A DNA stretch of 64,000 nt. Origin: Balanoglossus misakiensis (Eukaryota > Animalia > Hemichordata). The translations under genes and the position numbers were made by a program. Position 1 is the stretch's first letter. Each line of letters opens with the position of its first letter. This document shows positions 52,332-64,000 of the stretch, piece after piece. The stretch spans positions 4,714,156 to 4,778,155 of the forward strand of contig CM082588.2 in NCBI GenBank assembly GCA_040954595.2. The letters run 5' to 3'. Below the pieces are notes generated by a model. The model was not told where the DNA came from, made no database searches, and saw only the letters and a program-made list of their open reading frames with translations.

Positions 52332-55011
52332 TCTGGTATGACAGACTTACACGGTAAGCACCATTGAATACATCAAAATAGTCCATAAAAAGAAACATCC
52401 TGGGGGATATTAAACTTAAATCGCACAAACATACCGGTACATCTAATAAAATGACAGTTGATCTTTAAAAAACATGTAGGTATACATGTACGGTACACTG
52501 TATTGCATCATACCCAAATAATATGTCACGCATGGCTCTAATTTCGAAGAAAAGGGAAAAGTCATGCCATTCAACCACTGCTGTATGATGACACTGTTCT
52601 CGTCTGCGAGATTTGGATATAAAACTGTTCAGTTACCAGTGTGATAGCTTGGTTAGATTCTGTAGAACAAAAAAAAAATCACCAAGTGTTGCTTTTTCGG
52701 TTCTCTTTCATGATAAATAGAAAAAATATCCCAGTAATAAATATACATCTATGACCTCCAATCCACTTCCACGTAACCGCTACCTCCCCTACGTTGAAGA
52801 ATGGTTTCACCTGCCATTTAAAACAATACTTTCAAATGTATTTAGAGGAGTCAATAGTTTGATAATTTTTTTAAAAACACAAAAATAATGGACAATACCT
52901 AACTGGTACTTTCTGTGAAAATAATGCAACTCATGCCTTTTTGTTTTTAACAAAAAATCTTATATCTAAAATTTCACAGTAGTCATATGTACATACTAAC
53001 TACAATGAAAAAGTCTTCTCGTATAGAGTGAGTTGAAATCATCCCTGTCGTTTTTCAAACACACAGCATACAAATCACCTCTGTCAACATTTCAAGCAGT
53101 AGGCTTGTTTTCTTTTTTTGCAAAATGTCTGAATTAAAAAAAATCTGAAATCACTGATTTTTTTCAGAAGCATTTCTGTAACTAGCTGAGCTGTAATGAA
53201 AATCTATGATGACTGTGGACAAAACTTGAAGAATCCCTCAGTCTTCTGTTCGTTAAATAAAATATTCTGCATACATGCAGTTTTCTTTCTTTCAACCTAA
53301 GATAATGAAAGTACCTCCAAGATCTGATCAGGGTTTCCACAAATATAAAAAAAAACATCACAGAGATCATGGTAAATTCATCCGAAAAAATAAAACAAGT
53401 TTACAGATTCAGCACTCTTACCAGACAATAATAGGTACAAGATTTTCACTTTTTACATGTAGTTCATCAATAAAAACTGTATCTTACATTTTAGAACTCT
53501 ACTACATGGTGAAAATAAAATCTGACATCGCACAAAGCAAGACACACTCTCTCCATCAGCCTCAAAGTCATGAAAGCTATAAAAAAGTCACTGAGAACAA
53601 AAAAAAATGTTTTGAGGTTGGATGGAGAACAAGCACAATTTAAATAAATAACAGAAAATGAGATTCAAAAAATAAATATCTTTTGTCTTAAATAAACTCA
53701 TAGAGTTGTGAGATTGAAATATATATAGAGAGAATTCTTGGCACACGACATAGTTTTTGTCAATTTCAGACTTTAAAGCTACAAACTTGACATCTTTCTG
53801 TAATATTTTGATAAATATGACTGAGTTCAACCAGATGTACTGGTTCTGTAATCACACAACAAGTGACATGATTTTCATTTTTTTATAACTTCGACATTAA
53901 ATTTGAATTGAATTGTGATATCCCTGGTTTTCATTTGCATTTATACAGACTTTTCCACATGATACTGTTTTTTTTTTTTTACAATGATACGCTTAAAGTT
54001 TGATCAAATGTCCACTGGATGGTTCCATGATTGAACTTGACATTGGTAAATGCGAAAGTACTACACGTGTCAGACACAATGAGTGAGGAAACGGACTTGA
54101 CAGGATTACACATGGCAGTGAAGGTACAGAGCATGGCAGTTTAGCAGTGCATGCAAAACACAGGTCAGAGATTTGCAGAGTTCTACAGGTTTGTGATTTT
54201 TCATGCCAACAAGTTCTATTGCACACTGGTTTTATATAATAAAATGTTGACACATGTCCACGTTTTGTACATGTATATCACATGTATATCCACTTACTGA
54301 AAACGCACTAGTTCAAACGGACAACATACACATTGTGTATTACAGTGACTTAGTGGTCACGGCCACCTCTGTGTCACATAAAACCTTCTGTCACAGCATT
54401 CCTTACGTGTGACATACGACATCAAATGTCACACGACATGTGTTAATGAACTTAATTTTATATTTTTCAACAGGAGACTTATTATTATCAGCGCCAACTC
54501 CGGCGAAGTGTCCACTATACACAGTCACAGACACCTTTCCAGAAAGTTTTCTGTCACTGACAGCCACCGTCCCACTTTACAACACAGAGGGCCGTGAATC
54601 ACAATGAGCTGTATACCACTATAAAGTTTATCTCACATTGCAATCATTTACTCTGTAAAGATATTCTGCTAGTGAGTGACACTTTGAACATTTTCAAAGC
54701 AGTACTGGTATAACAAACACACCAACAGTGGCCCTGTCTTTACAAGTAATCAACTGTGAGATAATTTAATATGAAATATTACAACACAATCCCCACATAT
54801 GAATAAGCAATTTAAAAAATTCATCAGATCAACGTTCTCTAAATCACGTGTTTAAGAAACCAATCTGTGAAGTTCAGGTTTAATTGGTATGAGATATGCC
54901 CTACCACCCCTGACACTTTGGGGAATGGACTGTTCCATCGCAAGAAGCGAACAGGATTATTCCAAGCTGCACAGAACACAGGGGGTCGCTGGGTGTCAGT
55001 AGCTAGCGTTT

Positions 55012-55128
55012 TCACTTGAGCCTCTGAGTCACATTGGCCAGAGCCACTGCAAATGCTTGTAGAGTTGAGAACGGGTACTGGAAATCTAACGTGTAGGCCA
55101 TACCGTCGATCCTTCCAAACTGCATGAC
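55012..55128 (-). CDS. TULP4: TULP4 last coding exon (C-terminal tubby domain)
   Basis: VMQFGRIDGMAYTLDFQYPFSTLQAFAVALANVTQRLK-TGA; TCTTCAG acceptor. Confidence 0.95.
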   Translation of the reverse strand, partial: VMQFGRIDGMAYTLDFQYPFSTLQAFAVALANVTQRLK

Positions 55129-55489
55129 CTGAAGACACACAATGACAAGACACGATAGTTTCAGACAACGATTAGGACAGAGATCATTTTTTCGAGGCAT
55201 GATCACAGGAAAAGAGCCCTGTTCAAAACAATGCACAGTGATGTTTTTGAGGATGGCAGGGTTGTAGACGAGTACCATTAAACTCCATTGAAAACACATG
55301 TGGGTCATTTGATTGGATGATGATTGACACAAGCAGCCAATAAGCGTTGCTGTTACATATACAGTACAACTCAAAAAGAACATGACTGCTTGTAACTCCC
55401 TACAATCATGGACACTTTCTCATTCTAACACTAACATGACACAGTTAATAATGCACACACATTGTACGTACACAAGAAGGACAGCTCAC

Positions 55490-56685
55490 CTGTTTTCCGT
55501 GAAGCTCAATTTGGAAATTCTTGGCCGACTCCTGGGTGACCCTGCCGCCAAAATCCAACTGATAGACCTGCGTGTTCTCATTCCAAAGCGGGGCTTTATT
55601 GTGCATGACAAAAACCCTGGTTTGGCAGCCTTCGTTCCACATTTTCTTCATCTTGCGACGCGATCGACTGGCCACTGGCGATTCGTCGCTACTGACCGCC
55701 TCCCCATCGCTCTCCGAACTGTCCGCACTCTTTGCATTCTTGAGTTTGGCTGCTACGAGTTTACTCCTGACCGTTACATCTTCCTTGCGACATTTAATAC
55801 TCCCCAAGTCGCCGGCTGGTCTATTTGATTTTGAGTCCCCTCGATTCATAAGTCCCGATTTCGCCTTCGTGAATCGAGTCCTACCTCCTTCGCTCAAAGC
55901 ACCCGGTGATTTCTCTCGAACTTTCCCAGCTCGGTCTTTCGAACCGCGTTGTCGGGTGGGCGTCTCGCAATCGGCACTGTCTGCACTCTGCGATCTGGCG
56001 AAATCCCCCGGGGCTGGCTTGTCTACAGCTCGGGGCGCACTTCGGTTATGACCGTCTCGCACGACCAACCCAGCCGCGTGCGCGTTATTCGCTGCCGTGC
56101 TCGCTGAACCGTTCAGGACGCCGTCGCTGCCAAACGCGGTGAGATACGCAGCATCCGGCGACACGTCCAACTGAGCCGACACTTGCTCGTTCTGCAGCAG
56201 TCGGCACGCGCTGTCCGCCCACCGCGGTAAATTCATCTCCAGGCCGTCCACCGCCTCGTCGTTGTAGTTTCTGTAATCGATCGGGATCACGTCGTCGAAC
56301 GATGCAACAGGCTCTTTTTTCCGCGGTGACCCGAGACTTCTGTCTCTACTCTGCTCGCCGCTCTTTCGCCGGTGTTTCCTCGACTTAGGAATTGCACCCT
56401 GGCGCTCAAACGTGGATTTCTCGTGGACGTTCTTGGGCGAGTTGTTGGCCGATTCGGCGCTATCAGCCTTCGCGGCTTCTTCAACAGCACCTCTCCTCGC
56501 CCTCTCCGTTCCGTGATCGCTGTCTTCGTCCTGCAGCTGGAACTCTGCCATCTGATTGGTCAGCCTGTCTCTGCTGATTGGGGAGGTCGGGCTGTGATTG
56601 GTTGAACCAACTGGCGCCACAATAGCAGCGGCGGCTATGCTCTCAGCTGTTACTTGCGCCGAGCTCTCGTCTTGAGCAAGTGGAC
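55490..56685 (-). CDS. TULP4: TULP4 large exon (disordered linker and start of the tubby domain)
   Basis: Ends FVMHNKAPLWNENTQVYQLDFGGRVTQESAKNFQIELHGKQ|GTGAGC; 1196 bp, phase 1/0. Confidence 0.92.
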
Positions 56686-56847
56686 CTGTGATAATTGGAA
56701 AGGTGTACAGCACATCAATGTCCAGTATCCTGACATAGCCATAAACATACAGTTTCTATCATAAAGTTACACTCGACATCCACTGAGAACTCAACATCAA
56801 ACATATCATGTACGTGAAAGTACAGAAAACAGACAAGGACATCTTAC

Positions 56848-57082
56848 CTGGGCTGTCTTCTTCATCTTCACTGAACATGCTGGAATTGAAGTTGATGTCC
56901 ACCTGGGTGTTCATGTCGGGCCTCAGTTCCGGCAGGATGATCGTCATCTGCCTGGGCTGCAGGTGGAGCAGGCTAGTCTTGTAGTTGATAGCACCCAGAT
57001 TGGCCGGCAGATAAGGCGGGACGCCGTGGATTTTGAACTTGGTGCCCCAGATGTTGGATGTGACTTCCACTAGTCGATTGTC
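56848..57082 (-). CDS. TULP4: TULP4 exon
   Basis: DNRLVEVTSNIWGTKFKIHG...LPANLGAINYKTSLLHLQPRQMTI; 235 bp, phase 0/1. Confidence 0.93.
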
Positions 57083-57290
57083 CTGCGGAAAAAAAGATGG
57101 ATGTGTAAATCTGAACTGGTTGATATTTTGACAGACTATAGTGCTTCCATGTACCTCATGAAAACCGAAACCTCACAAATATTCTCCATACGACTCAGCA
57201 AATCATCTCCACAGATAAGATAGCATCTAACTTGGGTTCTCAAACTCACTCAAAGCACACCCACTGAATATTCACAGCAGAATAGAATAC

Positions 57291-57523
57291 CTCTGGTAAC
57301 TGTTCCACGTATGGACTTCCCCCATCCTTCTCTTTCAGTTTCGGCGATTCCCTCCCTCCTTCCTTCAGCTTGGGTTTGTACTTCTTCTTTTTGTGCTTCT
57401 TGCGCTTTCGTCGCGGAGACGGTTTGGGCGATTCGTTGTTCTCGCTGTCGGATATCTCGGACACGCTGCTGCTACTGCTGCTGCTGGAGATGCTGGCTGT
57501 GGCATGGTCATCTTCTATACCAC
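57291..57523 (-). CDS. TULP4: TULP4 exon (Ser-rich, basic NLS-like stretch)
   Basis: GGIEDDH...SSSSSSSS...RRKRKKHKKKKYK...YVEQLPE; 233 bp, phase 1/0. Confidence 0.85.
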
Positions 57524-57648
57524 CTGTTGGCAAAAAGAAAGACTGACTGATGAATTTTCATTAACTCTGACTCATTATTATTGTTGAACACAAACCAGTA
57601 CTTTTTTCAGATGCACATACAACCAAATTATGATGACAATTATCTTAC

Positions 57649-57831
57649 CTGGCTTACTGGTGGTAACTGTCGGGTCATAAATCACAAATTCCGGTCTCAG
57701 TTTGCTGACTCGTTTCCCCTTCAATAAGGGGACAAGACCCCCTAGGTATTCAAGAAACAATGTATAGCAGGGGCTTGAGGAGCTGGAGTCATCACCAGTC
57801 CGAATCATGGTACAGTGTAGTCGTTCATTCC
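57649..57831 (-). CDS. TULP4: TULP4 exon
   Basis: (G)NERLHCTMIRT...YTLFLEYLGGLVPLLKGKRVSKLRPEFVIYDP, a TULP4 signature; 183 bp, phase 1/1. Confidence 0.93.
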
Positions 57832-58374
57832 CTGAGAATACACAAATATGGTAGATCGCACATTAATACGTTAACTGTATAATACATATGGTCACCTTTA
57901 GAGTTATCATGGTAGAGAATTTACTTGTGTTGTCTCTATTTTGCGTGATAGGTTAGAGATGATATGATTACACTTATCTTAGGAATTATCAAGCCAACAA
58001 AGAAATAAGCGAGAGGGTTGGATTACTATAATCAACAATTTGGCTGGCTAGTTTGCTGCCCAGATAATTCACAAGATAATTGTAATGAAACACTATGGTT
58101 CAGTGGTTTCCCATGCATGGCCTTACTGATGCCAATCTTGTAAGTATTAACATGAAAACAAGCCTGTAATACAATGTAGAGCATACTGTTGTTGCAAGCA
58201 AAATATAACTGGTATTTTATTTTTCAGTGGTGATATGAAAATGTGTTTATCTAGGTCTCTTTCCATGGCTACATTGGCATAGGTGGCCATGTAGCTTCAA
58301 GCATGATAACATTAATGACATCTCAAACGAAACATGATGAAAATGTTGAAAATGTCATCAACCTTGCGACAAAC

Positions 58375-58429
58375 CTGGGGGAGACTGGCTGACAAATTCC
58401 TTCAGTTTGGATGGATCAGGAATACATCC
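58375..58429 (-). CDS. TULP4: TULP4 small exon (55 bp)
   Basis: GCIPDPSKLKEFVSQSPP(G); TTTTCCAG acceptor and GTTTGT donor; phase 0/1 joins both neighbouring exons in frame. Confidence 0.85.
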
Positions 58430-58700
58430 CTGGAAAACAAAACAAAAGAAATACAAATATTTTGAAAGATACGCATAAAGTATTGTGTGCTATAGTCATT
58501 TTCAAATCAGTTACATGTACATGTACGGTACTATTCTCACTAGTCAGTGACAATTCAAGTAAGCATCCATACACTATCTTAATTTTCCTTCTCTGATGTG
58601 GAAATGGATCAGTCAGTTTGTAGTTTTATAAGCAAAGCGTCATTCTACTCACACACCATACACAGGGGTATACCAGTAAGTAAATTTGACGAAAACCCAC

Positions 58701-58925
58701 CTTCACGGTTGGGGAAAACCTTTCCATGACGTAGTCTTTGATCCTGCTGGGCAGTGGTAACTTGGAAACGAGCTTGTCGTCCTTGGCGATAGTGGAGATG
58801 ATTTCTCGGCACAGCAACTGGAGTGGGGCCACTTTTCTCTGGATCCAAGCAACGTGTAAAATAGGACCACACGCAATGAAGAGTCTCTGGTCATTATGAC
58901 CCCATGCTAATGCTGTCACAGGTTT
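58701..58925 (-). CDS. TULP4: TULP4 exon containing the SOCS box
   Basis: KPVTALAWGHNDQRLFIACG...VAPLQLLCREII...KLPLPSRIKDYV (BC-box and LPLP of a SOCS box); 225 bp, phase 0/0. Confidence 0.92.
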
Positions 58926-59217
58926 CTATATATATGAAAGACAAAAAAAAATTCAATAACATTTTCGCTACTTAGGTAAGTGATAAAAATCTTGTGTGAT
59001 CAACAAAATTTCAAGATGGCGGATTTCTGCCATGTTTAATATAAAACTGTGCTATGTCAACATTTAATTACGAAAGGGGTATAATAATAGGATTATACAC
59101 AAAATACAGCCACATGTGGTGTGGATTCGCTTAATGTTCGTCCAATGCAGAGGGCTCTCGATGCTGGGATATTTTTTCTGTGTTTGGAAAAGAAAGCAAA
59201 CGTATGGCTGCCTTTAC

Positions 59218-59351
59218 CTGTGAAGGCATATGGAGTAGAAATCTCAGATATCCGTTGATGTTGTAAAACTTGACGACGCTAATCGTGCTGTTGGGTACTG
59301 TTCCACCGACGGCCAACATACTGCCGCAGTTACTCCATTCGATTTGGATGC
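59218..59351 (-). CDS. TULP4: TULP4 exon
   Basis: (G)IQIEWSNCGSMLAVGG...VKFYNINGYLRFLLHMPSQ; 134 bp, phase 1/0. Confidence 0.9.
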
Positions 59352-59520
59352 CTGTGAAAAAAAATGCATAAATAAATCAACTTTTTTGTACGTCACTTTC
59401 TCACGACTATATACTGTCATCTCATCATGTTTCTGTGGCGAAGTTGGACCATGTGTCCAGATGAGGAGGTAAGACATTCAGGTAAGGCCAAAAATGAATT
59501 CAATTAAAATATGTTCTCAC

Positions 59521-59649
59521 CTGTGAGCAACGTTCTGATCATTATCGGGGAAACGTCATCATAGGCCTTCATCAGCTGAATCAGTCCATCGCCAAGGTCT
59601 ATCGCCATGGTGTTGCCCTTCTTCCGACTTCTCTTCTTGCCACCCTCAC
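59521..59649 (-). CDS. TULP4: TULP4 exon (not in the ORF track)
   Basis: Read by hand: (S)EGGKKRSRKKGNTMAIDLGDGLIQLMKAYDDVSPIMIRTLLT(G); 129 bp, phase 1/1, AG/GT flanks. Confidence 0.88.
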
Positions 59650-59852
59650 CTGTAACAGTAACAGTAAAATACCAGTACGTGTTAGTAAGGTTTGTAATTT
59701 TTTTATCTTACTACCATTCACTGTTTTCATGTGTCCAGATAGAAATTTGACGTCACCTTACAGTGGGTTCTAGTATGACAAATGCCAAGATACAACTAAG
59801 TGCTTAGTGAAGCAAATCACAAAAGATTCTCTGAACTAAAAAGTTTTCTCAC

Positions 59853-60033
59853 TTTTTCTTTTCTTGTCATGCGATTCTTCGCTATCGCTGTCGGTCACGT
59901 TGATCATACGAAACTTCTCGCAGGACCACGTGATACTGTGGATCTCCCGATGTTCGGCCAGCGTGCACTGCGTAACCATGGCACCATGAACATCCATGAC
60001 GATGATCTGGCCGCCAGATGTCCCAAACAGCAC
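59853..60033 (-). CDS. TULP4: TULP4 exon (WD40 region)
   Basis: VLFGTSGGQIIVMDVHGAMV...ITWSCEKF; 181 bp, phase 0/1, GTGAGA donor. Confidence 0.9.
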
Positions 60034-61760
60034 CTGTGTGTTCAAAGAGAAATAATTATTACAGTTACACACACATATTTCTGTGTTCTGTGGCATTACA
60101 TAAAGTGGTTTGACAGAATTCCACAGTCACCTTCCAAGGTAAGTGTCTCCAATACTTCTGAGTGTATAACTCTACATGGCTCTATCCCATTTGCTAGAAG
60201 CCTTTCAGTGAAAACGTTGGTGCAAATATATCTTTGATATCAATTAAAATTCTACTGAGTGCATGAAAACATGACCAATTCCACAGAAATCACATCAATG
60301 TGAGAAATTTGAGGCACACACATAAATTTAATGATTTATTGAAACATAATTCCCCAAAGGAGACTGAGACTTTTTATTACTTCCCACTACTTCTTACTAC
60401 AGTTACATGTTAGCAATTCACAGTTTTAATGCTCTCTTTTCATTTTATAGCTGAAACAGTTTCTATAACAGTTCAGATGTCATATTAATATGTCATTAAA
60501 TACACTTCTGTTCTGTGTGTATAAACTGGTGTGTTCCTCAGATACCTGATTTGTTTGCAGAATTACTTTTGTACAGTATACAACATAACAGTTTTCCATT
60601 CCATAGATGGCTGATTATCTGTCAAAGTCTAGAACTGTCTTTAAAAAAAAGGCAAGATGAATCCCAATTAATATTCCATAAAATAATTCTTCCAGGCGTT
60701 TGGTCAGAAATTTGACATGATACCCAGAGGTTATACACATTACCCAATATGGACATGATGTTCATGACCTCTGCAGCCTTTTCAACAAATAGAAATACAC
60801 TGTAGTCTCTGGGCAGAGTTGAAAATAGTCCAGTCCCGCATCAAGCCCGGCCATAACATTCCTGTTTAAACATCACTCGAATAGTTCAATGTTCTATAAA
60901 ATTCGCGGAACAGCTCCAGATGTATGAAATCAGCCGCTGTTATTTTGCAGCGTTTTCTTAACAAGCACACAATGACACAGAGAGCTCAGCTGGAACCTAC
61001 TCAAACATCTAGCTGTTCCATTACTCCGTTGGCATAGCAACACACCTTACACACCGCACTCCGCTAGTCAGCAGAATTGTCCGGCTTCTTTTCAGAGCTA
61101 GGAATTAATTTACGATCAGTGTAAACTTGCACGTGGCTGTCTGCTTTCGCGGACTGAAAAACAACTTGGCAGGAAGTGTGCCGATTTCTCACACTGAAAT
61201 GCGGAGGTCATTTCGGCAAAAGATGATTTCTGTTTATCGTGTTCAAGAATTAAGATCTGCACTTCTGAGCACATTTGCTGTAAACGGTTCTGTGAAAGCG
61301 ACCTTGTAATTGAAAAACTCACAAAACAGAAAATCACCCTTTCAACATTACAGCTCATTGAGCTCAATAGATAGACTGACGGAGTACAAACTTGAGGATA
61401 TAAGAGGATTGGTTTTATACAGTGCTTAGTGCCATTAATTTTTCACAATGACATTTTACATCACCATGAGTAACAGAGGAGTGACCTTCATGCATACAAT
61501 CTGAAACATTAGCTGTGTTGTTTTTTGCTACCCGGCTATCATCTACACCCCAGATGCAATCATTTCTGAATGACACATCTTGAGAAGATTACGTCAGTAA
61601 CCATGAATGATCATAGGGATCACGGAGAAGCCCATATTAAAAGTCAAGTGATCGTTTATGTATGAGTATATCTACATTGTGTGTTTGAACGCACACTACG
61701 TAGAAATGTCAGTATCTAGATCTGAGACTGCAATACACCACATTGCAGCCATCCACCCAC

Positions 61761-61922
61761 CTGTTTATCGTCAGGGGTCCAAGCCCCGCACAGCAGTTTA
61801 CTCTCCAGATTCAGCACAGATGACCAGTAGCGCTGACCGGCCACAGATCCCACCAGGACAAAGCCATCCTTGTAGCAAATCAGGGCCATCCGGCCGTCGT
61901 GGCTCCAACCAAAGTCACTGAC
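61761..61922 (-). CDS. TULP4: TULP4 exon (WD40 region)
   Basis: VSDFGWSHDGRMALICYKDGFVLVGSVAGQRYWSS...AWTPDDKQ; 162 bp, phase 0/0. Confidence 0.93.
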
Positions 61923-62050
61923 CTGATAGAGAATGACCACACATACATAACTATTAAAGACCCTTACTTCTTGACATGGGCACTTCTAATAGAGGGTATA
62001 TTATTACTATACTCTTGAAGGCATTTACTATTAGACGAATCACAGCTTAC

Positions 62051-62179
62051 CTGACATGATCTATCATTGACAAGTTCTATAGACCATCTTCCTTCATACT
62101 TGATCCACACAAAGATGACCCCATTGGCATCACACGTTGCCATCTTCTGAAAAGGTTCATTCCAGCTGACCAGTATCAC
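62051..62179 (-). CDS. TULP4: TULP4 (tubby-like WD40/SOCS-box protein), first coding exon inside the window
   Basis: VILVSWNEPFQKMATCDANGVIFVWIKYEGRWSIELVNDRSCQ; AG/GT flanks, 129 bp. Upstream exon(s) lie beyond 64000. Confidence 0.93.
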
Positions 62180-64000
62180 CTGCAAAAGAAACACTGCATG
62201 TCAGTTTTAAGGTAGTAGTTTGAACCAAAACATGCAAAAATCGGCCATCTTGAAATTGTGTCGACCGTATGGGATTTTCATCACTCACCTAGGTAGCAAA
62301 AATCTATTTAAAGTCAGTGAGAATTGGACATCAGATGTGCATGGTGCACTAATCCCTCGGCTGTAGCGAGGATTATTGATAATAATGTTGATTGAGTGTA
62401 AAAAGTCGAGGCTGAAAATAAATTCCCCGAGGATAGCAATCAGCAATATTGATATTTCTACATTTATAAACCGTGCACGTGTGTACTGTACTGTATACAT
62501 GTGCTGTGATGCTACAGGTAAAAAGAGCACTGTCTGCGAGCAATTTAACAAATCACGGATGAGTACTTGTACAGCGACGTAGACATATGCGAATTAAGTA
62601 CTTAGACGGAGCGACGTCGATTTAAACATCTGAACCACGGTTACTAGAAGAAGTAACCGTGTCTGAACTGACAGGACATATTGCGTTCAAATTACTCTGT
62701 GTGTACAACACTACACTGTACCTCAGGGGAGTTTTTACCTCAGACAAAATATAAGTTCATATGTATAGTGTACATGTTATGTAACACTGCATTGCGTTCG
62801 ACATCAAATTTTTATTTTGAAATAAATCAACATTTCACGTTGTTCGATGACAATTTAAGAGACTTAGTGGCTGATAGATGTGCTGCTAAACGTACCATCT
62901 ACCATTGGCTACAGCTACAACAATCTTTTCGTTTCATATGCATGCATTTATCTACATTTCATGATAGCAAAAGAAAGAAAGAAATTCTGAACTCAAGATA
63001 CACCCCTGTTGATTTCTAATTGGTTTGGCCTCAGGGTGTACCTAAAATGATTACTATCTAAAGAACCCCACAAGCAGTACGAAACCTTAAGGTTGGAATT
63101 AATTATGCTATAATTACACTATTGGAAACGCCATCCTGTCCAGACACACACAAGGCACACTACACATACACACACATTATACATAGGATGCGAGTGGATC
63201 AAACTGGTCTCAACCAGTCCTAGCCAGTTAGACGATATACCAGTCAAAACTGGTTAAATCTTTTTTTTTTTTTAAATTGATAATATATCTTTTAAATAAG
63301 TTTCTGGTGTTATTACATCACATATGAATTGAGCATGCAAAATGAAGTCTGCTTTTTTAAACATGGAAATCCAATATCGAATAGCCAAGTTATACACATT
63401 TGAAAATTAAAAATAGTGGCGTGCTTTTGGTCAAAATTTGAAAATATTATTCAATAATTCAATGTCAATATGCAGAATGGGAAGAAACATCCAATCCCCT
63501 TGGAACCATCTAGAAAGTGCTTTTGCAGATTAGTTCTTGCGTCACAAGAAGGATACAGAAATAAATCAAAGCACTGATCGAATGTTTACAGACATTGATA
63601 CTTACTGATAAATAAAAATGAGAATACAGGATGGCATATATATATCAAGTGTGTGATTAATGTGAAAGAAATTAATGGAAAAAAAAAATCTAGCAAAGCC
63701 AGTCAGACTGCAATGAGACAATATGATATCTTCTGAAAGATGGAGAGAAATGCCTTCTGGGTAAATATGTTAGAGATGAAATTTATAACTAGGACTGTAT
63801 TGAAGGACAGACCACTACAATACATCAATGGCTGCTGCGTGAGATGCAAAAGAATATCCGAAACAAGAAACTAAAGTTGACACAGAGATAAAAAATTGAA
63901 AAGACAGACAAAAGATACAGATACTTGAGCGTTAACAACAGTCACATTCGACAAACTCTTTATAAATATTTCAGCTCAGTGTATGTTTACAGCATTGACA

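Noticed and set aside
55382-56605. + strand ORFs of 60-159 aa opposite TULP4
   Set aside because: Antisense shadows of the large TULP4 exon.
1-64000. CRISPR arrays, tRNA/rRNA genes, transposase or reverse-transcriptase ORFs
   Set aside because: None recognisable; the window is eukaryotic and all repeats seen are microsatellites or short non-autonomous elements.

Overview
Eukaryotic (animal) genomic DNA, AT-rich with GT-AG introns; protein similarity and compact introns suggest an invertebrate deuterostome (inference). Three minus-strand genes lie in tandem. (1) TULP4: 12 coding exons at 55012-62179, first exon outside the window, 3'UTR to about 52.3 kb. (2) A short FoxO duplicate of about 194 aa (49247-50227). 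It keeps the forkhead domain, both splice sites and a conserved promoter block, but has lost all three Akt phospho-motifs and the whole transactivation region. (3) A full-length 638-aa FoxO (42372-44736), probably with a ~20 kb intron just after the stop codon and a ~5.8 kb terminal 3'UTR exon at about 16.4-22.2 kb. The first ~16 kb has no recognisable coding sequence but carries several RFX X-box motifs and microsatellites. Several foldback or MITE-like elements are scattered through the window. The most interesting feature is the truncated FoxO paralog, which resembles a naturally encoded, Akt-insensitive dominant-negative FoxO under purifying selection.
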